From the NCBI GenBank assembly GCA_963514005.1, contig OY740805.1:24428001-24492000 (forward strand): a DNA stretch of 64,000 bases, in the 5' to 3' direction. The notes beneath the pieces are model-generated. The model was given only the letters and a program-made list of their open reading frames with translations. It made no database searches and had not been told where the DNA came from. Positions 11,427 through 23,000 of the stretch are shown piece by piece. Within the stretch, counting starts at the first letter, position 1; every line of letters starts with the position of its first letter. A program made the translations under genes and the position numbers. Source of the DNA: Raja brachyura. Its lineage: Eukaryota.

Positions 11427-14075
11427 AACAGAGGTGGTGTCACAGCAGATTTTTGCAAGCCGCCATTATCATCATTCGAGGCAACACCATTTGCCTCCCC
11501 CCCCCCTCGAACTGTCCCATATTTGTTTTTGTGCGTGGACTTGGCCCCGTGCCATTTGGACTGTCTCTGTCTGTGTGGTATTTTGTTTCATTGTAGTGCC
11601 TGATATCATGCAGGGTCAGTGTTCTGGGGGATCGGGGCCTTCCAGGAGCTATGCAATGGTAGCTGCTTCAGTTGCTCCGGCTGCTCCTCTTGGGGCCCGG
11701 TTCCCCATGAAGAACGCACCTTTTGAGCATGGGATAAGGTGCTACTTGCCCCTCCAGATGACCCTGGAGGACTGCATGGCTGCCATGGCCGTGGTGGCGG
11801 CGGACAAGCCCGCAGGCATCCTGTATGTGGGTAAGATGTTCGGGAAGGCCGAGTCCGTTGAGGGGGTGAACGCGGCCGTGAGTAAAGGGGTCACAGTGGG
11901 GGAACATTCGTGCAGGTTGAGCCCTTGTCCACCACCGTGCAGCTGGTGGTCCTGTCCAACGTCCCGCCCTGCATCACAAATGAAGCCCTCCTTCCTCACC
12001 TTCACACCCTGGGGAAGGTCCTCACCCCGATATCCCAGGGGTTGCGCAAGAAGGAGCTGCAGCACATTCTTTCCCCCCAGCGCCAGCTGGCGATGCTGCT
12101 AAAACCGGGAGGAAGAAGTTGACAGGCACTCCTGTGTCCAGCAGCATGGGCGAAATTTCACCATCTTCTGGTGCCATGCCTGTAAGGAAGTGGGACATAT
12201 TCAGAGGAATTGCCCCGAATCCCGGGCGGAGACCTCCGCCTCCGGTGCCAATAACCCCGCACCACCCCCCCTACCCCGCCCAATACCCCTGTAGTTGGGT
12301 CAGGGAACCCTGGGGTTGCGCGGTGGCGATGTGGAGGGTCGAAGGAAGGGGGGCAAGTTGGCAGAGAATGTGAAACACCTGGAGAACAAAAGCGCCGGAG
12401 CCAAGAAAGTTCCACCCATCCTGTCAGCTCCCGACAGGGAGTCCGCAAGGCCCATAAGCCAGCCGGGGGTGGAGGGGGTCAGGCAGGAGGACGGGGAGCC
12501 ACAGACAAAGATTGCTGAGGTGACTCCAGTGTCTGTGAAATCCAACCCTTTGGGGAAAAAAAGGAGGAACATCTCTGGAGAGTAGCGGATGGGGGACGAA
12601 CGTGAATCCTCCAGGGGGGATGGGAGTAATGTGGTGGAGGAAGATTCCCACCCTCTGGTTCGGGCCCCAGTCCCAAGCCCTGGAGGGGATAGTGGGCAGG
12701 GTGGTGATGGGGGCCATTCGGGTGAAATGGAGCAGGGGGAGATTCCTGTTGGGGGGGGGGGGGGGGGGGGGGTGTCCCGTATCACGCACCCGAGGAAGCC
12801 CAGGAGCAACCCACCTAGAACAAGGGGTGGAGCACTCCTCTGGAGTTAGTGACAGTAGGCGGCAGGCACGTGCCGTCAGGGTAGGCAAGGTAGGCACTGC
12901 CTACCCTGACTAAAATTATAACATAGTAATAACTAAATATAAATAATAAAGGCATGGGACAATTATGCCTATGTAAGAGATCGATCTCTTAGGTAGGCAT
13001 AATTCTCCATGCATTTCATCCGCAGCGCTTGTAACACGGGAAGGTCTGTGCAGCCCACGTGCCGTCAGCGCTGCCTGAAGCCGTCACTTTTAATCGGGGC
13101 TGAAGGCAGCAGCAATTCTGCCTTTGCAGCACTGCGCATGCGCATCAGTCTACTGCGCATGCGCAGCGCAAGTTTCTTGGCGGGGTTTTCATATATGTTT
13201 TGTCAATATTTTAAGTGTATGTTGGGTAACAAAGAGAGAAGAATGGAGTTTGTGTACCAATAATGCGGGAAGTACATTTTGTGTTTATGTTTTTAAATAC
13301 TGTATTTCCCGGGGAGTGGGGGTGGGGGGAGAACTCCTTTCACAGCGATGGGGAGTCTGGCCCGGGGTAAAGTTACGGGAAGGGCTCGAATGTTATGAAT
13401 GAGGGGATTGGGATAATGTCACTTGCGACGCTCCTCACACGGAGGCGTGGAATGCCACCGCATTGGGGCCGGGGGGGGGGAGGAGCTCGGGTGGCTAAGC
13501 GGCCGCCGGCTACAGTGCGTGGCTTCGCGCCCGGAGAGCTGTAGTAGCGGTGAGTGAGTGATTTATGGCAGTATCCCCGACACCCTTCTTCAAGTGTCTC
13601 GACCCAAAACGTCGCCTATATCCTTCGCTCCTTAGATGCTGCTGCACCCGCTGAGTTTCTCCAGCCTTTCGTGTACCCTCCTTCTCAACACTCGTGGTCT
13701 GTCCACAACTTTACCCCTGGCACAGGCTCTCCACACGCTGTGAAAGGAACTGTTCCCTCAATTGGTCTAGGACTAGGAAGCCCAGGAAGGGCAAATTGAA
13801 ATGTCACTGTATTTATTTATTTAACGGAGAGAACAATCTGCGCATGCGCGGCTGAATTTTTTTTTTAAAGCGGACTGAGTGCCTACCCTGAGTAATTACT
13901 CATGGCACATGCCTGGTAGGCGGGGAGGGGGGAGGGGAAACCAGCCCTTTTCTCCTTCAGGACCGGGCTCCAGAGGGACTCCCTGAGTCTGGTGCACCAG
14001 AGTCTACTCTGAGCCCAACTGCTGGAGGGATACACTGTTGATGATCTTGACTCCCCGGGTACATCTGGAGAAGGT
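11427..14075 (+). mobile_element. Tx1-type non-LTR retrotransposon 5' part (degenerate ORF1 with CCHC zinc knuckle), interrupted by a hAT MITE
   Basis: VVLSNVPPCITNEALLPHLHTLGKVLTPIS (about 11940-12030) and CHACKEVGHIQRNCP (about 12173-12217); frameshifted. Confidence 0.7.
12863..13915. mobile_element. hAT-type MITE
   Basis: TIRs CAGGCACGTGCCGT / ATGGCACATGCCTG; perfect 8-bp TSD GTAGGCGG (12855-12862, 13916-13923). Confidence 0.85.
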
Positions 14076-14077
14076 CC

Positions 14078-14460
14078 CGCTGCCTTGGCAAGGCCAGCAG
14101 CATAATCAAAGATGAGTTGCACCCTGGCCGCTCCCTCTTCTCCCCTCTCCCATCGGGCAAAAGGTATAGAAGTGTCAAAACGCACACCGCCAGATTCAGG
14201 GATAGTTTCTTCCCAGCTGAATCATCCTACCACAACCAGAGAGCAGTCCTGAACTACTATTACCCTAATTGGTGTCCCTCGGACTATCTCTGATCGGACT
14301 TTACCTTGCACTAAAAATTATTCCCTTATCATGTATCAGTACACTGTGGATGGCTGGATTGTAATCATGCATAGTCTTTCCACTGACTGGTTATCATGCA
14401 ACAAGAGCTTTTCACTGCACCTCAGTACATGTGACAATAAACTAAACTGAACTGAACTGG
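14078..14460 (+). mobile_element. Rex1-type LINE 3' fragment; marks the left limit of B/C homology
   Basis: Inverted paralogue at about 53270-53670; KASSIIKDE.HP..SLFSPLPSGKRY coding remnant. Confidence 0.7.
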
Positions 14461-14619
14461 ATGCTGAGTTGGTGTGAGGAAAGAGGGCAACATTGAGAGT
14501 GGCAATGTGAGGTGGGGAGAAAGCAAGGCATACCCACAGATATTTGGGATCAAGCACAAATATATATTACATTTTGTTTTTCTGTCACCTGCAACATTGC
14601 TTCAGATCAGGAAGGGTGG

Positions 14620-14915
14620 TACAGTAGTGTAGTGGTAAAGGTGGTACAGCGCCAGAGACCCGGGTTTGATCTTCACGTCCGGTGCTTGTTCTCCACATAA
14701 CCTGCACATTCTCCCCATGACCTGCGTGGGTTTTCTCCGAGATCTTCGAATTCCTCCCACACACCAGAGACGTATAGGTTTATAGGTGATTTGTTTCAGC
14801 GTAAATGTAAAATTGTCCCTAGTGTGTGCAGGGTAGTGTTATTGAGATTACTGGTCAGTGAGGACTCGGTGGGCCAAAGTGCCTGTTCCTATGATGTGAC
14901 TGAACTAAGATCAAC
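14620..14915 (+). mobile_element. tRNA-derived V-SINE (HE1-like)
   Basis: B-box-like GGGTTTGATC, V-domain-like TTCTCCCCATGACCTGCGTGGGTTTTCTCC; inverted paralogue at about 52880-53175. Confidence 0.7.
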
Positions 14916-15024
14916 TTAATTGAGCTTCAAGGCAATTAATACAGGAAAAGAAATCATGCTTGGAAAATGTCGACTCAGCACACTGTCACCATTTCAATGA
15001 AATAATTACAAATCCTCTACTTAC

Positions 15025-15322
15025 TAATGACTTCAACAGTTAGAATTCTAGTCCTCTGTGGGTTTAAGTACACCGTCATTTTATAGTCGCCACTGTCTGC
15101 TTTACCAACATCTTTTAATTGAAAGGATCCATCTGATAAGTCAACTTTAATTCGATTCTTGTACTTTTCATATATGATGATATTTTCTTCACACACTTCG
15201 GTAATGGGGAGATTCCTGCTGGAATCTGAGGTCCCAGTTCAAATTGTTGCATTTCTTATCAGTTCCAGGGAATGGAATAGAGGAACCTGTGGCAGCCAAC
15301 ATGCTGTCTCTTGTCCACTGAG
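15025..15322 (-). pseudogene. Frameshifted IgV exon of IgSF receptor paralogue B
   Basis: Homologous to 52455-52754 with intact AG/GT sites, but 298 nt instead of 300 nt; a 2-nt deletion at about 15230 leads to TGA at 15191-15189. Confidence 0.85.
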
Positions 15323-16247
15323 CTGCAAGATAATTAATTAATTCAAACAGTATCACACCTGAGATATGTAGGAAGGAACTACAGATGCTGGTTTAAACCG
15401 AAGATTGACTCAAAAATCTGGAGTAAATCGGTGAGTCAGACAGCATCTCTGCAGCAAAGGAATAGGTAACATTTCAGGTCGGGACCCTTCTTCAAATTCC
15501 TGAAGACTCCAAAGTCTGAAGAAGGGTCTCGACCCGAAACATCACCTGTTCCTTTTCCCCAGAGATGCAGTCTCACCCGTTGAGTTATTCCAGGTTTTTG
15601 TGCCACATCTGAGATAGATGAACACACACACACGTAGATGTTCAGTGTTTACCTTAGCTACCACACAGCTACTAACAGTAAAGAAAGTGTATAGTATGCT
15701 TCCACATTGGTTGGGACATTGAGTATAAGAGTCATGACGTCAGCTTGCAGCTTATCATGCTTGCATGCAATACTCCAAATGTGTCAGGCCACATTTGGAG
15801 TATTGCATGCAGTTCTACTCGCAATTTGTACAGGAAAATTATGGAGGTTTTCGAGGGAGTGCAGAAGAGATTTACCACACTGGTGCCTGGATTAGAGAGT
15901 ATCAACTATCAGACGAGATTGGACAAACTTAGATTATTTTCTTTGGCGCGTCAGAGACCTGATTGAAGTATCTGAAATAGTGGGAGGCATTGATAGGGTG
16001 GACAGTCAGAACCTTTTTCCCCCAGGGTGGAAATATCAAAGACTAGAGGACATCGCTTTAAAGTGAGGGGGTGACAAAGTTTAAAATAGATGTGTGGGCA
16101 TGGCTTTTGACAACACCCTCTCCCTCAGGGTTAACAAGGCGAAAGAGCTCATTACTGACTTCAGGTAGCATGGTGGAGTACATGCCCAATCAGTATCAAT
16201 GGTGCTGAAGTGGAAATGTTGGAAATTTCATCTTCCTGGGTGTAAAG

Positions 16248-16560
16248 GGCAGCACGGTGGCACAGCGGTAGATTTGCTGCCTTACAGCGCCAGAGACCCG
16301 GGTACGATCCTAACTATGGATGCTATCTGTACAGTGCTTGTACATTCTCCCCGTAGATGATTTCTCCAAGATCTTCAGTTTCCCCTTACACTCCAAAGAC
16401 TTACAGGTTTCTAGGTTCATTGGCTTGGTATAAATGTAAATTGTCTCTAGTTTGTGTCGGAAAGTGGTAATGCGCGGGGATCGCTGGTCAGAGTGGACTC
16501 AGTCGGCCGAAGGGCCTGTGTCCGTACTGTATCTCTAAACTAAACTAAAACTGAACTAAA
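16248..16560 (+). mobile_element. tRNA-derived V-SINE (HE1-like)
   Basis: GGCAGCACGGTGGCACAGCGGTAGA A-box head, V-domain, (AAACT)n tail; inverted paralogue at about 46045-46268. Confidence 0.75.
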
Positions 16561-16889
16561 TGTCTCCAACAATTTTTCCTGGAACTACCAACCACATTGA
16601 AGATCGTAGATTTTGATGAAAATGAAAGTTGTAGATGGAAGAACAACGTAGCACACCTGCACCTCCACTTCTTCAAGAGACAAAGGACAAGTTCAGTCTA
16701 TCTCCAATAACTCTTGTCAATGTCTACAGATGCACAGTAGAAAGCATACTATCAGATCGTAAATTCAAATTTTTTTCTCTCAGGCATCAGCAGCTGAGGG
16801 AATACCCGATAGAAGTTTGTAAAATTGTGAATGGCATAGATAGATAGACAGACAGAACCTTTATTTCTAGTGTGGAAATGTCAAGGACT

Positions 16890-17505
16890 AGTAAACTGGA
16901 CAGGTCCAGGAACGCTGAGGCCCTGTACAAGAAGGGCCAGAGCTGGCTGTACTTTTTGGGAAGTCTCTGCTCCTTCAACATCTGCACTAAGATGCTGTAG
17001 ATGTTGAAACAATCAGTGGTGCCCAGTGCCATCTTCTTCGTTGCTGTGTGCTGTGGCAGCAGGGCGAAGGCCGCGGACACCAACAGGATTAACAAACTCA
17101 TCAGGAAGGCTGGCTCCATCCTGGGCGTGGAGGTGGATTCATGGGAGGAGGTCTTGGAGGTGAGGATGCTCCTCAAACTGCGGAGCATCTTGGACAATAC
17201 AGCTCACCCCCTCCATGACACACTGGTCAACCTGAGGAGCACCTTCAGCAACAGACTGGTTCCACCAAGATGCATCACAGAACGCCACAGGAGATCCTTC
17301 TTCCCTGTGGCTATCAAACTGTACATCTCCTCCCCCTTCTGTCATGGAGTAGACTGACTCTCCTACCACCCCCAATCTTCACACATCCCCAATCCTTTCC
17401 ACTCATCACTTTAATTTCTTGTTTCATGCATCTTGTGTCTTATGACTTTTGGCAGACCAATTTCCCTCCTGGGATAAATAAAGTTCTATCATATCGTATC
17501 GTAGA
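16890..17505 (+). mobile_element. Rex1/Babar LINE 3' fragment
   Basis: ORF 17001..17357 SVVPSAIFFVAVC...RINKLIRKAGSILG...ILDNTAHPLH...ERHRRSFFPVAIKLY. Confidence 0.85.
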
Positions 17506-17733
17506 GGACTGTGTGAAGGTCAGATGGGGGAAGTTTCACAAAGGATTAATTTAATTTGGGATCATGTTTGACTCAGACATCAGGTCCTAACATCAAGGAC
17601 CTGTTCCTATACTCTATTGTTCAATTTAGAATTATATTTCTACGAAAGCATTTTCTTTTTTTCCCCCAACTTGAACAGTCTTGAGCCGGATTGCAGTCAC
17701 CACCTGCTTACAGAGACACAGAAGTAATTTTAC

Positions 17734-17794
17734 CTGAAATTCTGTTGCTGAGAAGTTGCAGAAGGCAGAGGATAGAGCAGCCAATTGTCTTCAT
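17734..17794 (-). pseudogene. Signal-peptide exon of paralogue B
   Basis: 61-nt exon encoding MKTIGCSILCLLQLLSNRIS+G with a GTAAAA donor; phase-compatible with the frameshifted V exon. Confidence 0.8.
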
Positions 17795-18099
17795 TATGTG
17801 GAGGAGCTGATACTGTCAGCTAATTCAAATAACGGAATAGGGCCACGAAGGTAGCCTGGTAACTTCATCTGAGAACAGAGAGAAGGAAAAGGAGCAATAT
17901 ACCATACATATTATAATTAATATTTAGTTGAGAGGAACTCAGAGGGTCTGGCATCTGTGGAGGGAGTGCGGAGATGGTGTTTTGTGCGGGACTGTTTTAT
18001 TGATGAGGGCAGTGTTGCTGATATGATTTGCATGGGCTTCTGCAAAGCCTTCAACAAGGACCCACACACGGAAGACTGGTTGAAAAGGTAAGAGCCACT

Positions 18100-19310
18100 T
18101 TAAAAAAAAATATATATTTTTATTAGAAGCATGTGTACAAAAAATAGTAAGCGACAATTTAATTACAAATTTCTTACATAGCTTCAGTTTGTTTTTAAAG
18201 AATAAAGATAAAGGGAGAAAAAGGTGAGAGAAAGTAATAGAGAGAGAAGAAGAAGAGAGAAAAAGGGAAATGCAGAGAGAAACTACCAATGACAAGATTA
18301 TGGAGATAGATCCGGGAAATATTGAGTGTAACTATTCGTCCAGTCCCAAACTCAGGTTTCAACCCTGATTCCGTGTTAAACCAATTTACCTTTTCAAATA
18401 TTCAATAAATGGAGACCATATCCTAACAACAAGTTCTGGTTTGTCAATTAAGACAAGTCTTACTTTTTCCAAATGAAAGGTCTCAGTCATTTCCGTAACC
18501 CACATTTTAATTGTGGGGGCTGCTGTTTTTTTCCAAAATGTTAGTATTAATTTTTTCACAGTTATTAGACTGTAATCAAGAAATTGTCACTGACGTCATA
18601 AAGTTTGTACTATGTTCTGATAATCCTAATATTATTAATTTTGGCTCTGGGTCCAGTTGGATATTGATAACTTCAGAAATAATTAAAAAAATGTCCACCC
18701 AGAAATTTTGAATTTTTATACAAGTTACAATTTGGCTTCTTGAAATTGACATCTATCACAGAGAGGGGAAATATTTGGTAAACTCCTATTTAATTTTACC
18801 TTCGAATAATGTAATCTGTATAATATTTTGAATTGTATCAAGGAGCGTCTAGCGTTTAGCGAAGAGTGATTTATATATTGTAAATTTTTATCCCAGGTGT
18901 CTTTTATTATGGGTTGAGCCAACTCGTCTTCCCATGCTCGTGTATATGATTCTGAAGACGGAGCCTCAGTACCTAAGAGCATATTGTAAATATAAGATAT
19001 TAATTTATTTGTGTTGGGATGTCTATTCAAACATTCATCAAGGGTTTCTGGTCCCCTAAGATTGTAGACGTGTGTATGTAGTTTTACATAGTCTCTAAGT
19101 TGCAGATATCTAAAAAAAATATTATCGTGTAACTCATATTTCTGCTGTAGTTCCTGAAATGAGAGAAAAATGCCATTTTGGTAAAGGTCTCCCACCATTT
19201 TAATTCCATGGGTTTTCCATTGAACAAACCTTTATCTAAAACAGACGGTTTAAAAGAAGGGTTATTTGCAATCAGGAGAAAAAGCGATAGATTACCCAAT
19301 TTTAGAATAG
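18100..19310 (-). mobile_element. L1-clade LINE 3' fragment
   Basis: ORF 18725..19198 DLYQNGIFLSFQELQQKY..FFRYLQLRDY..IQFKILYRLHYS..CDRC, typical of the fish L1 ORF2 C-terminus. Confidence 0.85.
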
Positions 19311-19422
19311 ATGACGGGTGATCTTGCAGAGGTGTAAAAATAATGAGAGGAATAGATTGGGTAGATGTGCAGAGTATCTTGCTCAGAGTGGGTGAATCGA
19401 GGCCCGGAGGATATAGGTTTAA

Positions 19423-19897
19423 TGAAAAAGTTCACTTAAAAAGATAGACAAAGCACAAATTCTTAAGACCATACAAAGCTTTAATTTAACGTCTGACGGG
19501 TGTGGACCTAGAGACCCAGAGGCTACAGTTTCACGTCTGAATCTCCAGCAGCACACAAAGAAATTCCAGAGAACTCAAGCTTATATACGTACAGATATAA
19601 ACAAATTGCATGACGGAAATGTACAAAAAATCATCATCCACCTCCAAATATGGAGTTGTTTTTCACTCTTTGCCAAAAACCAGACACCCCAATGGCATCT
19701 TCTGGGCCCCTTCTTATCTGATTAACCTCTTCAACTTACCTAAAAAACTTTGTAAGAGAGCTGTGAACTATTCAACTTAAGTTAAAAAAACCCTTGTCAC
19801 GATGTGTGTTGTCCAAATCCCATCATGCATTACAATTGGCTTTTTACAACAGGAAAGCTTAAATATGACAACAATCAATTAATAACCAACTCTTTCA
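19423..19897 (-). mobile_element. Solo LTR (ERV-like)
   Basis: Termini TGAAAAAGTT...AACTCTTTCA, 4-bp TSD TTAA, interrupts a CR1 fragment; TATATAA and ATTAAA in correct order on the minus strand. Confidence 0.7.
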
Positions 19898-20089
19898 TTA
19901 AGATGAAGGGCAAAAGATTTCATAGGAATCTGAGGGGTAACATTTTCACGCAAAGGGTGGTGGGTGTATGGAACCAGCTACCAGAGGAGATAGTTGAGCA
20001 AGGATTTATCCCAATGTTTAAGAAAATATTAGACAGGTACATGGATAGGACAGATTTAGAGCGATATGGGTCAAACGCAGGTAGGTGGG

Positions 20090-23000
20090 ACATTCGGCAG
20101 GAAATGGTGTTGGGTAGACTGATGGGACTGAAGGCTGATAAATCCCCAGGGCCTGATGTACTGCATCCCAGGGTACTTAAGGAAGTGGCTCTAGAAATCT
20201 TGGATGCATTGGTGATAAATTTCCAATGTTCTATAGACTCAGGATCAGTTCCTGTGCATTGGAGGGTAGCTAATGTTATCCCACTTTTTAAGAAAAGCGG
20301 GAGAGACTTGGTTGGTTGGTATTGTTGTTGGTATTTCTGCATTCTGGAATTATAGACCAGTTCCCCATCGGTGGTGGGGAAGATGCTGGAGTCAATCATT
20401 ATTAATTTTTTTAATATCTTTATTTATTAGAGGTACCGTAAGTTACATCAGTGTACATCCCATATATAGTATTACAATCATTGTACCCCTTAATTTTTTA
20501 AGGCTTTAGAAAATAAAGAAAAGAGAAAGAAATATCAACAGAGAAAGTAGAAGAGTGAAAAAGAGTTGTGAAAATGAAAAAGCGTGGCAGAGGGAAACGG
20601 AACCCTTGGGCGAAGAGTTAGAGAAAGGAGATTAAGAGATAGACCCTGAAGAGGAGGAAAAAAAAGGAAAGAAAGAGAAGGAAAAAAGAAAAGGCAGTTA
20701 CTTTATTATAAACATCTCGCAAAAGGAGTCTACCAACGCAACAGTTTTTCTTCCCCCTTTACCATGACCCGACAATGATACATTTTTGAGGTATTCTTGC
20801 ATCTTATCCTTGTAGTAGATTTATAAATGCAGACCACGCCTTATAGAAACTGTCTGATTTTCCTGCCAGTCGGAGTCTCATTTCTTCCAAATGTAGTGTT
20901 TCGAACATAGCTGAAATCCACATATTAACTGTTGGTACAGTAGTATTTTTCCAGAATTTTAAGATTAGCTTTTTTCCAGTTATTAAGCCGTATTGAAATA
21001 GAGTCTTTTGAAACACATTTAATTCAGGGCTATCTTCCGATGTTCCAAAGATAATCCAATCTGGTTTGGGAGTCAGTTTTATTTTAAATACTTTTGTGAA
21101 AATTTCAAAAATGTCAGTCCAAATTTTTTGAATTTTTGTACAAAAGACAAATGAGTGCGCTATATTAGCTTCTTGACGTTAACATTTATCACATATAGGT
21201 GAGACATTGGGAAAAAGTTTACTTATTTTAGTTTTTGAGTAGTATAATCTGTGTAAGATTTTAAATTGTATTAAGGTGTGTCTTACATTAATTGAGCATT
21301 TATGCACATATAATAAATATTCTTCCCACCTTTCTTTGGGAATTTTTATACTTAATTATTTTTCCCAGTCCCTCTGATAGCTTCTGTTGTTGGTATTTCT
21401 GCGTTTAGAATAATATTATATATATATATATGATATTAGGTTTGCTGATTCTGCCTTTGTATTAATTACTTCTTCTAGTAAGTCTGGAGGCATATAGTGA
21501 TAGTCTTGTGCGTATTTTTTCTGACAGTCACAGATTTGGAAATATTTAAAATACTGATTGTTTCCCAAATTGTATTTTAGTTGTAATTGTTTAAATGATA
21601 ATAGTTTTCCCATTCCATACAAATCTCCGAAGATTTTAATTCCGGCTCTTTCCCATTGTATAAATGCTTTATCTGTAGTTGAAGGTTTAAACGAAGGGTT
21701 TTTACCGATAGGAGTAAAGAGAGATAAATTTCTTAATTTTAAATTGTGTTTTATTTGTTTCCAAATTCTAATTGTACTGTGTGTATTTGGATTTTTGTTG
21801 TAATTTGTATTATTCATCGTAATTGGTGAAAGAAGAGTTGCTCCAATATTGTAAGGAGAGCAGTCCTTTTTCTCCATAATAGTCCAATCCGGTTGCTGGG
21901 GAGAGTTATCCAGCAATTGGATCATGTTTCTAATATTTACAAACAAGTAGTAATATATAAAGTTGGGGAGTGCTAATCCCTCTACTACTTTGGGTTTATT
22001 CAGATGAGCTCGTTCTATTCTGTGAGAGTTATAATCCCAAATAAAATTTGTGATATCTAAGTCCAGTTTAAAAAATATATATTTTGGGTAAGTATATTGG
22101 AATAGATTGGAACAGGTTTAAGATTTGTGGTAGAAAAATCATCTTTATGGCATTTATTCGGCCTATTAAGGACATCGGAAGCGTTTTCCAAAATTTAATC
22201 AAGTTATATGTTTCTTAAGTAGAGGGTTATAATTTGCATCAAACGTCTTGATATCTTCTAGTAATTTTGCTACCAAAGTATTTAAAGTTTTCCATAGCTA
22301 TTTTGAAAGGAATGTGTAGAGTCTTTCGGTTTTATTGACTTAATTTCACTTTTATTCCAATTTATTCTATATCCTGAAAATGATCCGAAGTCCTCTATTA
22401 AGTTTAAAATATTTGGTATAGTGATATGAGGTTTTGTGATGTACAATAGTACATCATCAGCGTATAATGATATTTTATTGTTGGAATATTTTGTTTTATA
22501 TCCATGGATATTCAGATGAGTTCTAAATCTTTCCGCTAGGGGTTCAATTATGAGAGCAAATAACAACGGTGATAGTGAACATCCTTGTCTATTACCCCTT
22601 GACAATTGAAATTTCGTAGATAAATTATTGTTAGTTAATATTCTGCCCATTGGCTTATTATATAGTAATTTAATCCATAGAATGAAATTCTCTCCCAGTT
22701 GAAATTCTTGCAATATCCTGACCATATAATCCCATTCGACCTGATCGAATGCTTTCTCTGCATCCAACGATATGATTGATAGTTTTTGATCTTCCGTTTG
22801 GTGTGAATGCATTATATTGAGCAGACGTCCCAAATTATTAAATGATTGTCTCTTGGGGATAAACCCCATTTGATCCAGATGTATTAATTTACAAGCATAT
22901 TTACTTAGTCATCTAGCTAGTATTTTCGCTAATATTTTTTGATCTGTGTTTAACAATGCAATAGCTCTATATGATCCAGGTTCTTCCACATCTTTATCTT

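Noticed and set aside
16248-16325. tRNA-like sequences with A/B boxes (also about 14620, 46200, 57920, 60450, 60780)
   Set aside because: They are SINE heads followed by V-domain bodies and (AAACT)n tails; no intact cloverleaf
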